A DNA stretch of 63,026 bases, filler included, from Folioceros fuciformis (taxonomy: Eukaryota), in NCBI GenBank assembly GCA_049999805.1. It is 9 parts of 9 records of this genome, joined end to end, with 100 filler letters (N's around TTAATTAATTAA, not from the genome) between each part and the next. Parts side by side here need not be neighbours in the genome. Positions count along the whole stretch, not along the records: positions 48,364 to 58,190 come from JBNGIO010003554.1; positions 58,291 to 63,026 come from JBNGIO010003557.1; 7 more parts are not named here. One strand, 5' to 3'. Positions 48,915 through 60,091 of the stretch are shown one piece after another. A program made the position numbers and the translations under genes. Positions within the stretch are counted from its first letter, which is position 1; each line of letters begins with the position of its first letter. Under the pieces are notes generated by a model. The model saw only the letters and a list, made by a program, of their open reading frames with translations. It was not told the DNA's origin and ran no database searches.

Positions 48915-51900
48915 NNNNNNNNNNNNNNNNNNNNNNNNNNNNNNNNNNNNNNNNNNNNNNNNNNNNNNNNNNNNNNNNNNNNNNNNNNNNNNNNNNNNNN
49001 NNNNNNNNNNNNNNTTCCGTCGCGTCAAGCCCCACATTCGGGCTTGGGGACTTGCTCTTTCTGTCTTCTTCTGCGGGGGACTGCATCATGGCATGTCGGG
49101 GCCGACGTCGCCGGCTCGGCGTCAGTTTTTTATGGAAAAAGGGCTGAAGGAGAAAAAAGGACCAATTGACGTTCTTCCTTTTCCATTATATTTCTTTTTC
49201 CTTTCTCTTCTCTCCTGCCACTGCCCCTGCCCCTGCCCCTGCCCGCTCCTGTCCCCTCCACCTTGCCCGGACCTGCTTTTTTACCTTTCAATTAAACAGG
49301 GCCACGGCCAATGTCCGGTCGTCCCGTCACAGTCGCGTCTGAGGATGGGGAAACGAAGGGGCTGCAACTGCCGGTGTGTCAGACCACCAACGGCCCAAGC
49401 CCAGTATTATTGGCCGGTAGGGTTTCCTTGTAGGCCCGACCGGCTCTGCCGGAAGGTGAATAACATACCTGCATCATAACCTAGCACTTTGTCTTTTGCA
49501 CAAATTGCACAGCACCCTGGGAATGGAGCGAAGGAAGGATGCAACACAGTGTGTGAGTGAGAGATGCCATGTGCTGAACGCAAAGCGGCAAGTGGCTAGT
49601 GACAAAGCTTTTATCCCACGGGCCACATGTTTGCGACGGCAAACACATACCCGAGCCAATTGGCTGGATGAAGCCTCTGCAGCGCAGCGCGGTGTGTGGC
49701 TCTCCGGAGCTGCGCGCGAGCCGCTGCCGCTGCCCCGCTGCCGGTTGTTATTTCTGTTTCGGATCCTTTGGCGGGAGAAGGAGACGAGCTTCATGCCAGA
49801 AAGCGTCAAAAGGCGGGAAGAACGTAAGCAAAGAAGCAGCAAGAAAGGGACAAAACAAGCACACGCTGGAGGGGCCGGGCGCCGGACCGGGGCCGGAGCG
49901 CGGCGCGGAGGCGAAGACGGAGGCGGAGCTGAACATAGACTTGATCAAAGACAGGAGGTCGCAAATAGCCGTGGGAGCGCGAGCGATTACGCATCTGACA
50001 TCGGGAGAAGTGCGGACTTGAAAATTGCAAAGCCACTTTGCAGCTCCGCTTTCCGACGGGGAAAGAAGGCAAGGCGGAAATCACATGTTTACGGAAACGG
50101 CGTCACTGATCGGAAGCGACAGGATAGGTGACGGCAAGGAGGCCACCTGCAAGGCGGAACGACTTGCCTCGTTGCATGCTTACGCTGCCGTGACCTGCTC
50201 GCTCTTGTTGCCAAAGGGGTTCGGGGAGCGCGGGTAGGTGGGAGTCTTGGATCCTCCTAGGGTTTAATCTCATCGCTCGTGCGCCATCGCTTTCTAGTTA
50301 CGAGCGACTTTATCATGCTTGTGCTGCTCCACAAGAGTCGATAAAGGCAGCCGAAGCTCCCAATGCTTTTACTACATGTCTTTCTGTATCTTTTTATTAC
50401 TTCTCGTGGGAAGGAGGGAGGGGCCCGGGGGTTACACTCTTGGAAGGAGGAGAGAGGGTCGTAGAGACAGGAAGGAAGGGGGAAGAAGGTAGGAGAAGGA
50501 AGGCAGGGAATTATGAAAGATCGTAGCCCCAGCCAGCCAGCCAGCCCCGACCCCGCGCCGGTCCTGGAGCTCCGGAGGCGTTAGCCGGCAGGTATAGCAG
50601 TTGGATAAGGCGGTTGCACCCGACCCCACACAGGCTCAGCATATGGCAATTGCCCCCATGGTTGCTCCGAGTTGGGAGTTGGGTCAGATGAGAGCCATGT
50701 GCCCGCCATGTTGGAGTGGGTGGGAAAGCGGGGCTCGGGACGGCACACACTCTCCGTCGCACGCTCACGTCGTTACTCCATGTCACGCCACTGTCTCTCT
50801 CTGTCTGTCAGTGGAGGCTAGCAAGCGGGATGCGGGAGTCGGGACGAGGACGTGAGTGTGTGCGCTGTGTGAATGGAGCTGGGATATATGCATTTTGTAC
50901 ACGGGTTGGCGTGCTCTGCAGCAATGCTGCTTCAATGCAAAGCAGGGTGAAGATGGGACAAAGGTTGTACACACCTACGCACGAGTCACACCCCTCCGTT
51001 CCTCCGCTTCTCTCATAAAAATTTGCTGCAAATGCCGTGCCAAAACAAAGGCTGATGAATGAAAGGAATGGAAAGGGAGGTGGCTCCGTCGCCGCCGCCG
51101 CTCCCGCTGCCGCAACCACTGTGGCCCCGGCACTGGCCTCCTGCCCAGCACAGTGTCAGTCCTTAGCCCTCCAGGCTCCCATGGCCACTAGCGGTACCGC
51201 GGGACCGGCAGGGCATTTGGGGGCAGGAGCTCTCATCAGCCGGGAACTAGAGTCCTGGACTGGGTCCTGTAGGAAGGCGTGAGAGACATGAACCGGACTC
51301 CGCCCTCGTTTTCCGACTCTTTTCCGGACGAGTAAGCCTGAGAACTATTTTCTACTTCACTGAGAACGAGAACGCATGGCTGTCACGGAGTTCAAGGCTG
51401 AATCAAAGGTGAGCACATGGTTGTGAAGTGCGTGCACCCGATGTCAAGTCAAGTATATTACTGGTACTGCTGGGACGTGCTCCGAGGTGGCCACCCGCCC
51501 CGACCTTCCTTCCTTGTGATGCTACATATGGAGAAGCGAGAGCCGGACGAAGAGCTGCTCTACGGCCTCTATTTCTCATGATTCACGAATCTCGCAGCCT
51601 CGGCTGCGAGGACCTGGCTGGCAGTGCCACAATCAATCATTCCCGGAGTGGTAGCAACATGGTGGTCACGGTACTTGCCGCATGCCACACAGAGTAGCCT
51701 CCTTCGCCTGCCTCGGCCTGTGCCTCTTGTACCGATGCACATTCCCTCCAGTTGCACAGTGCATGTAATAGCATGTACAGTAGCCAGTGCGCAATCACAC
51801 GGTCCACCACATCCACCTGCAGCCTGCCACACTACCAAAGTAGCAGCTAGCACCTGCAGTGCCCTTAGCCCGTTGCTCGCTACTGGCAGAACTGCCTCGA

Positions 51901-52226
51901 TATGGGAGTTGCAACTGTTAGCAGGCACCACCACTACTTTGCCACAGTGTTCAGGGTAGGATAGCGCATGTTATATTACAACAGTCTAGCTGTACTGTCA
52001 ATCACTCACTTCCAAAGTCATCTGGTGTGGTCCATGACACCACGCTACTCCTGGAGATGTTGTAGCTGGCTAGCCGCGCTGTACTCTGAAAACGTTGTTG
52101 CATGCGGCAGGGTAGACTGTTGTAGATAGAATCTGGCAAGTGACGCAAGCACAGGGTGCGCAGGGCCTTGGGCGATGTGCAGTCACACACTTGCCCTCTG
52201 CACGAGTTATGCATCTCAGGCTCATT

Positions 52227-52322
52227 AGTCCCAGTCCCAGTCCCAGTCCCAGTCCCAGTCCCAGGCCCAGGCCCAGGCCCAGGCCCAGGCCCAGGCCCAG
52301 TCTCAGCCCCAGTCCCAGTCCC
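52227..52322. repeat. Compound hexamer microsatellite (AGTCCC)n(AGGCCC)n
   Basis: Directly visible; about 15 CCC tracts. Confidence 0.92.
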
Positions 52323-54149
52323 ACGCCCCATTCTCATCAGGGACCTGGTCACGACTCTCATCACCGGGCCCTGCCCTGCTCTAGTCGCTTTCGCCGAGGG
52401 CCGTGGACACTGGTGAGGGAGAACATCGTTGTGCACTGTCTAAAGCTGGAAAAAGCTGCAGCACCACTGTCATCGCCTGCACACACAAACCGCACAACCC
52501 CTCGTCGAAGGCCCGGGCCGGACCGGGAGTTCGTACCCGTCTTCAAAACTCTGTACAGTGTACGCACCAGTGGCGTCCACACTACCTCCCGCTGTCGGCG
52601 GCCCCTCGACACCGGGTCCGCTACGCATAGGCTACGAGAATCATACCTCCCTCTACCATGCTCGTGACACCATGTGGCCTCTGTCTCTTGCGCTTGTCAT
52701 GTGCACCCATCTATTTAATCCCCTCCTCTGCTTTGCCTTTAAAGTCTGTACAATATGTAGCCCTACCCTTACGCAGTCTTGTCTGTACACACGCTGCAGG
52801 ACCAGCTCCCACAGGCTCCAGGGCTACCCATTCCATCTAAACCACCCAACCCGTCCATTGTCCATATCCACCTGCAAGCCTGCACCCTGCCTGCCACTTC
52901 TGCACTCGACACCAGTCAGGGCTCTCAACTGCTTTGCATTTCTGCATACGGCTAATATATGCACACCCGGTCCGATCGTTCTCGGATTCTCCTCATCCAG
53001 ATCACCATCTCTGTCACAAATAGGGGTCTTCATTTATCGTACTCTACTGCTGCCCCACCTATGGGGGCAGATACCCAGATGATTATCTACGCAATCCGCT
53101 ACCGCACTTCAGCTCTCGACACTTCACCCCATCCCTGCTACCCACCACCAGGCTCTCGCATGTCCTCAGCCCACGAACCCATACAAGAAAAGTCAGAGCA
53201 TGTTCAAACGAACAAAAGGGTGCACTGCATGATAGCAAGGGGCCCAGCTCCGGGAAGGTGGTTGGCCGCTTGGCCCAACAACAGTGCACAACGGCAGCCA
53301 TGTGCCACCATCTCCTCACCATTTGCGCCTCTTCCCTGTTCCTTCCGACAGGTTGCAACCGTGTAATAAGCCTACCATGGCCGGCCAATGCCTTGGCCCG
53401 TAGCCCAATTTCCACCTACATTTGTAATGGCGCTGCAGGCTGCCATGGTCCACCTTTCCAAACAAAATGCATATTGCGTTGCGGCCGGGACTGGTGCCGG
53501 GAGCCGGGAGCTGGGGGCCTTCAAGTCAATGCGCCCACTTGGCCCCTGGGAACTGTGCCCGCTACCCGACGGTGCCAGAAATCTCTCCAACACAAGACGA
53601 ACTGGTTGCAACACCCTACTGTACCTTTCCTTCACAATCCTTCCTCGGAAAATCTGCCTTAAAAAAAAAAAAAAAGCGAATCTTCCGCAAACCTTCGTCA
53701 TATGTATCTCACTGCGCACCATGCCATTTATGCTTCTCCTGGCCTTCTTCGCCAATTCAACCCATCTCCACACTTATTACTCAATCCAACAGATACAGAA
53801 ACACGCAATCCAAGCACACTCTCATTCTCAGCTTCGCGCCAATGCTTTTTGTCATTTCATTTATTGCGCATCTCCTGACTGTCACAGCCAAAGGACTTTC
53901 TGGATTAGCATTTTTGCGATAAAATGCTAAAACTCGGAGACAAGCGTTTCCCTACGTGAGCACAGAAGAGGGTCTCTCCTCCGGATCATTCTGAAGGAGA
54001 ATGTGACCAATGCCAAATCTGCCCCCAGATTGAAGCACAATACTTGTCAGCCGTAAGCAGAAGAAAAAATGTCGTTTCTGGGCTTTTTTCTGTACAGATG
54101 TGCCTGAGTAGGAGGAGCAACGTAAGTCAAGAGTCTGGTACCACCAGCT

Positions 54150-55600
54150 GGGAGTGCGATGGCTATTTTTTGACAGATTGATCAGAGATTCCTGAACATT
54201 GATCAGCCCGGATACGCTTTCTGGGAAAGCAGACTATCTGTTTCTTCGCGAGCCAAAATTTGCAAACTGTCGCTGCAACTTACAGCAAGTCTGGCCAGAG
54301 ACTTGCCCCCGAGGAGCCTCTGCGTTCGGCTCTCAAATGTTGTATTTCAATCGAGGCTGGAAGATTTCGCATAGATCGCACCCTCCTTCAGAAGAGTATT
54401 GAAAGACCGCGTGATCACGAGGAGTACCATACACGATTTTGATTTTACAAGCTTAAGAGCTATGGGAGAATTAGGGAGCTTGGCCAACAGCGTTCGCGAT
54501 TGTTTGTGTGTGTGACGAGCGCGTGGCGAGTCAAGGAAATCACGTCAAGGTTGTAGCAATTGTCACCCGTGACGCTGCTGCCGTCCTTAGAAATGGCTCG
54601 ATGGCCGCATAAGATTCCAAGGAGCACTACCCCGAAGCTGTGAAAGTCGCTTTTGTCAGTCCGCTTCCCAGGTGCGAGACGGCGACGAAATCCCGAACAC
54701 GAAGAAGCATAGCTGAGAGGTTGGCCACTGGACACGTCCGGCTCCCTGCTTACTCAGGATCCAGACACCCGAGAGTCCCCTCCACCATGGTGATCACGTG
54801 GGTTCGGTAAGCTATCAGCTGTCAGTTTGGATAGTCCGAGACCAGCAACTTTTGCGTCCAGTCTGTCGTTCACAAGGAAATTGCTGCTCTTCACATCCCT
54901 GTGAACGGTGGCTGTTGGATTGCACTCGACGTGCAAGTACTCCACAACCAGTCACATACGCGACAGACTTAAAAGACATCACAACAACGGAACGCCAATG
55001 AAACACAGCACGAGTCACGAGGTTTCAACTCCCCTTTCGAAGCATCGCATCCAGGGTAGTGAAGCCCGTCAAGCCTCTTCACCTCTATCATCACTAATTT
55101 CCATCAGACTCGGACCACGTCACCGCAAGCACATACGGGAACAGAACGAAGACTCCGGCGCTGCCAAAGATGGACTTACCCGAAGTCTCCGCCCGACATG
55201 AGCACGTACAACAAAATCAGCTTCGACACTTCCTCGCAATAACCTACTGACAACACAAGTTTCCTGTGCAGCATCGTGGACAAGAAATCAATCTGAGAAA
55301 ACACCGGCGTGATGATCAGTCTGTTACCACTTTAGCTGACTTGTAGTCCACACCGCCACGGAAACAAGACCATCTCCGGCAGTGGAACCCAAAAGTCAAA
55401 ACCAGGCACCGGACCTTAAACGAACCTGATTCAAGAAGCCTGCTGTGTCTTTCCGGACTGTCACGACTTCCACAGCCACTGCTCGATTGCTTGGGACGAC
55501 TCCAAGTACAGACACACACCAGACCGAGCCCGCCGTCTCCAATTCTGGCACTGAAGTCCTGGCCCCCCGTACATGCAATGCATGGCGTGACGAGTTGGGG
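54150..55600 (-). pseudogene. Receptor-like Ser/Thr kinase pseudogene
   Basis: Fragments in order: FSARIGDGGLGLV (G-loop), [61 protein letters not shown] (DFG lost), TDKSDFHSFGVVLLGILCG. Frameshifts and stops present. Confidence 0.85.
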
Positions 55601-56012
55601 TGTCCCTCTTCCGCAGTGAAGAAATTGCAGCAGCATTCCAACCGCACCTCAGGGTCAGCTCATGAGCAAGCCACCCCTACCGACGCCCTGCCTCTGCCTG
55701 CTTTTCCCATTCCACAACGGACGATCGAAGGCAAACCTCCATCCTCCTCCCCCGTCCAGGCTGGCCATGGTGAGCCATGCATACCGGGAACCGGCATCCC
55801 GGCGGGCCTCACGAGGATCCTCGACTCCTCGAGAGCAGGCGCTCATTACTTTATAATACAAATAACAAGCCTGAGGAGTCGATGGGATCGAATCCGTCCG
55901 CGCTCCTATCCAAATTGGTACCAAAAGAACCGCCAACCTACCAACCTACTTCCACGATTCTACATATCTCAAACCCGATCCGATTAGACTTAAAAGACTC
56001 ACCCTTAACAAA

Positions 56013-56516
56013 ATGGCTCCAGCTCTTAAGCTAGCACTAATCCTTACCATCTTGGAATTGTGTTGCACCACAGCAGGGGAACCTCGTAGTGCAGTAGAGG
56101 ACATGAACTGTGGACGAAATAACAGACCTTATCCTTCTGCCAACTACAAACTATATCTCATAGTTGTCACCCAACAACTTGCTGCAGAAGGGGCAAAGCT
56201 ATGGAACACTCGTCAAGACACTGGAACTTGGAGAGGCATACGCCTCAAAATAAGCGGATTTCTACCTGTCTCAGATGTAACTGGAAGGTCTTGCCGTCAA
56301 GCAGTCTTTTATCGAGCTGGTTGCCGAGAATCATCAACATGCTTAACTTCATTAGACTGCAGCACATGTTTAGCAACACTTGCCAACAATCTCATACATG
56401 AGCTTTGTCCTGGAACTGCAGTTGCCAATGGATTTGCTGCAGATTGCTTTGTTCGCTACAGTGACCAAAGCTACTTATCTGCCGTAGAACAACCTGAATG
56501 GCCGCGTCATCCATAG
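56013..56516 (+). CDS. Secreted cysteine-rich Gnk2/DUF26-like protein
   Basis: Hydrophobic signal peptide; C..CSTC motif; C-terminal LCPGTAVA...DCFVRYS, typical of Ginkbilobin-2-like domains. Confidence 0.8.
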   Translation: MAPALKLALILTILELCCTTAGEPRSAVEDMNCGRNNRPYPSANYKLYLIVVTQQLAAEGAKLWNTRQDTGTWRGIRLKISGFLPVSDVTGRSCRQAVFYRAGCRESSTCLTSLDCSTCLATLANNLIHELCPGTAVANGFAADCFVRYSDQSYLSAVEQPEWPRHP

Positions 56517-57477
56517 ATGTTGCTTAGATGAGAACTAAACAGAACTACCCAATAACTTAGTAAAACAAGGCTATACCAAAGATCATATAGAATGTAATTA
56601 AAAATAGTTGATCATGCTTCAAGAATGTGTCACCATATCCCATTATTTAAATCATTCTAGTACAAAGACAAGAAATGTGGATACATTCACATGGATTTGT
56701 TTTTCCCCTATTTCACGTAGAAGAAGAATAAAATTACTTAAGCTTTTTTTGACAAAAAATTATGTAAAATTTTATATATTTTAATTTATTTATCATATAT
56801 TACTAACCATTTGAGAAACAAAATTACTTCTAATATATAGATCTAATTCATTTTAAGTATCTAATCTCCTTAACTTAAGGTTCACTCCTTCTTCCATTTC
56901 TTCCAAGAGTTGCACCCTTCCATACTTTCCACTACCTGCTCTTTAATTAGACATGCAGTTATGTTAATCAAACATGCCCAACACATTTAAACTAATTAGA
57001 TTTCTATTCATATCTTAGAAGGAGCCTCGTGAATGACTGGGCATCAAAAACCCACAATTAGTTTTCTATGATGGGACCTAGAAGTGACTTCATAATAATA
57101 CTTTCAAACTAACATCCTCAATGAACTTAGTGCCTAAGTTTTGTCGCTGTCACTTTTATTAAAGGGAGTACTTGGTTCTAGTGCCATTTCTTAAGGATTT
57201 GTTGATTTTTATATTCACTTTTAATATTCTAATATTTTCATAACTTGAAACCATTTAAAATATGTGATGACATTCTAACGAATGTTAAAAAAACCAGAAT
57301 TATCATAAAGAACAAGAACATACATGCGTTGAACTGAAAATAAAATTATTTATATATTTTTATTAAACTAGTTTATTAAGTTTTTTTTAATTTTATTTTC
57401 TTGTATATTTTTACCCGTCTTTGGCATAACGAAATGATCAGTTCGTGTTTCTAATTTGATGCAAATAGATTGGCGAT

Positions 57478-57930
57478 ATGGTTTACATTACGCTCTTGTT
57501 TCGACATTCTTCTTATAAAAATTATGCATTAATGTATGCACAAGTCATCGTATTAATTTCTACATGTGTTACGATAATAAACCACCTTGTTCAATGCGGC
57601 TCGACAACAGTAGAATGCATGGTCTCCGAACATGATGCAAATATGGCTAAGTTGGTAGAATTATATTTACCAAAATTAAAAGACGATATTGAATATGCAT
57701 TTGTCGCAAACAAACTTCCTTTCAAAAATAGAGTTGGGTTGACAGGAAATTTCTTTTCTCACTATGATATTGTTGTACTTGCAACATGTGATAATGTTAA
57801 AGTCGACAGAAATGGATGCATTTATTGTATAGCAATTTTGTACTCTGCATGGCTTGAAAGCATATGTAGTCTTTCCACAACTGTTGCATTAATGAGGGAC
57901 GAATGCAATCTATTTTTCACAGTTGTATAA
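57478..57930 (+). CDS. Divergent Gnk2/DUF26-like secreted protein; probable start 57532
   Basis: Signal-like MYAQVIVLISTCVTIINHLVQC; ATC-x9-CIYC...IC...ECNLFF cysteine pattern parallels the neighbouring gene. Confidence 0.55.
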   Translation: MVYITLLFRHSSYKNYALMYAQVIVLISTCVTIINHLVQCGSTTVECMVSEHDANMAKLVELYLPKLKDDIEYAFVANKLPFKNRVGLTGNFFSHYDIVVLATCDNVKVDRNGCIYCIAILYSAWLESICSLSTTVALMRDECNLFFTVV

Positions 57931-58190
57931 CATGTGGACGTTATTAAATTATGCTCATATATGATGATCTACTTTAATATAAATATATACAACATTCAAT
58001 TGAACATACTCTTTTAGTCTTTGCCCGTCTTGGGTTGTTCCTACTTGGGTTGTTCCTATTTGGAGTGGATGAGACTTTCTATCTCTTTTTCAATAATAGA
58101 AAATAATACATTAAACAATCTAAACATTGAATTATTATAATTTATACAGCATTTTTATAACAATTGATGAGGGATTATATTTTTTTAGGG

Positions 58191-58290
58191 NNNNNNNNNN
58201 NNNNNNNNNNNNNNNNNNNNNNNNNNNNNNNNNNTTAATTAATTAANNNNNNNNNNNNNNNNNNNNNNNNNNNNNNNNNNNNNNNNNNNN
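58191..58290. other. Artificial scaffold linker
   Basis: N44-TTAATTAATTAA-N44. Confidence 0.97.
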
Positions 58291-59646
58291 CTCGCTTCGC
58301 CCTACATTGGGCCTCCGTCTCTCTCACTCATGCCTCACCTTCGCTGGTTTTAGAGGAGTTGTGGGGGTTTAGGGAATAAGGAACACGGTTGCCCGCTTCA
58401 CTCCGCGGCTGGCGGATTCATTCCCTCATGATCCCATCAGCTCACGCAACAGGGGAATGCTTGGGGTAGTAGGGAAGCAAGCTTCTACTCGGTGAGGTCT
58501 CTTCCTCCCGATTTGCCCCACGATCCGCTGTTACGGAACAATGCAACTTCGCCAACCTCACCCAGGTACTCTACGTGCACTCGCTTGCTTGGATCTCCCT
58601 ATCCAGTGGCGGTCATCGCCAGGCGTGCAAGTCGAAGTGTCGATCTATGCTTTGCTAATTTTTCGAGGCGTGCACAGGCCCCTTATACATCACCTTGGCG
58701 AGTCTGCGGCCACCATTAAAGTCTAGTTTTTGCGGACAAGGGGGGCGCTCTTAATGGCGCCTATTGTTAGGTTCGAGAAAAGCATTTCCTAGAGATTGTC
58801 TATGATACAGATCTAGGATGCAATTAATACTGCCTATTTTCACCTCCGCGGCCGCCTTCCTTCCGCTCCTCTCGCTCTTCCTCCTACCCAGCTACCTCTG
58901 GCTCTCCTTCCTCTCCGCTGATCGGGCAAATCCTCCTAGAGGATCTCTACCTCGCTATCACTCCTTACCTCTGGTGGCGGCAGCGCAAGTGGGTCCCGTC
59001 GTGGCGGACTTCTCCTTGCCTCCTGCGACCTGTTGTTGAGGAGAAGGACTGGCTCCCTGTCGACCCACGCTTGCGCCTCCTCCTCCGTTAGCTCTTCCAG
59101 GACTGCTTCAGCTTAGTAGTGTGGCAGCCCCCACACCCGACAGCAGTGGAAGAAGGACCCCCTATGGGTCCTTAACTGCAGGCAGTAGCCCCTTGTGCCT
59201 CCTAGGCCCACATGCACGTATACAGTCAACTTCAATACACGGGCTCCATCCACATAGAGGTCGGGCACATAAGTGTCCTCCTTTGGGTAGTTCAACACAA
59301 CTTGATTATCTATTGCAAAGGAAGTGCTTACCCCTTCCTCCCTGCATACTCAATAAGGTTAAGGCCCGGGCAGCTTGATCCAATAGCTCTGCCTGGGTCT
59401 GGACCATTGCTGTGGTCAGGCCTAACAAGTCCACCTGCTGGGTCTCTCCCTCCGGAGACATTCTCCACCCAATGACCTGATGTCCCAGCAGCTCTCAAAC
59501 TTTCGCCAGGTTCACCACCTGCAGCCTAGCTATTAAGGAGCCATTCCCGATATACCCCTCATACCAAAGGCCAAGGACCAACTTGCTCATCTTGACACCC
59601 AGCTCCACTACCGAGGTCGTCCAAAATGCCATAGGCCAAGGAGACT
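58291..59646 (+). mobile_element. Possible highly degenerate LINE ORF1 remnant
   Basis: C-rich coding-like sequence with a decayed zinc-knuckle-like TCWV...GH near 59433-59485. Weak support. Confidence 0.3.
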
Positions 59647-60023
59647 TTATGTATAAATATACTCACANNNNNNNNNNNNNNNNNNNNNNNNNNNNNNNNN
59701 NNNNNNNNNNNNNNNNNNNNNNNNNNNNNNNNNNNNNNNNNNNNNNNNNNNNNNNNNNNNNNNNNNNTGTGGTGCCACACTCTCATTTAGATCAATTTTG
59801 TTATAATTATTTTCTTTCATTATCCTGCAAGAAAAGAAGCACGATAATCTGTTACAACAAAGTTAAGGTGAGCGCTTGCTGATGCACATAACCGCATTGC
59901 CACAAACTTGAACTTGCATTGTGAGACAAGAACATGAATATACTACAAAATCCAAGAGTGAACATTGAAGTGCAAATATGTCAATCACATGTATGTGCAT
60001 CTGCAAGCACACAATACGACATG

Positions 60024-60082
60024 ACACAACACAACACAACACAACACAACACAACACAACACAACACAACACAACGCAACAC
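60024..60082. repeat. (ACACA)n pentanucleotide microsatellite
   Basis: Directly visible. Confidence 0.92.
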
Positions 60083-60091
60083 AGTGCAAAG

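Noticed and set aside
49496..53930. Many 100-211-aa ORFs, including PGPGPG/GLGLGL peptides
   Set aside because: Products of high GC and hexamer microsatellites; no domain signal.
54150..56516. A fused DUF26-kinase (CRK) gene
   Set aside because: The kinase remnant and the DUF26 ORF are on opposite strands, pointing away from each other.
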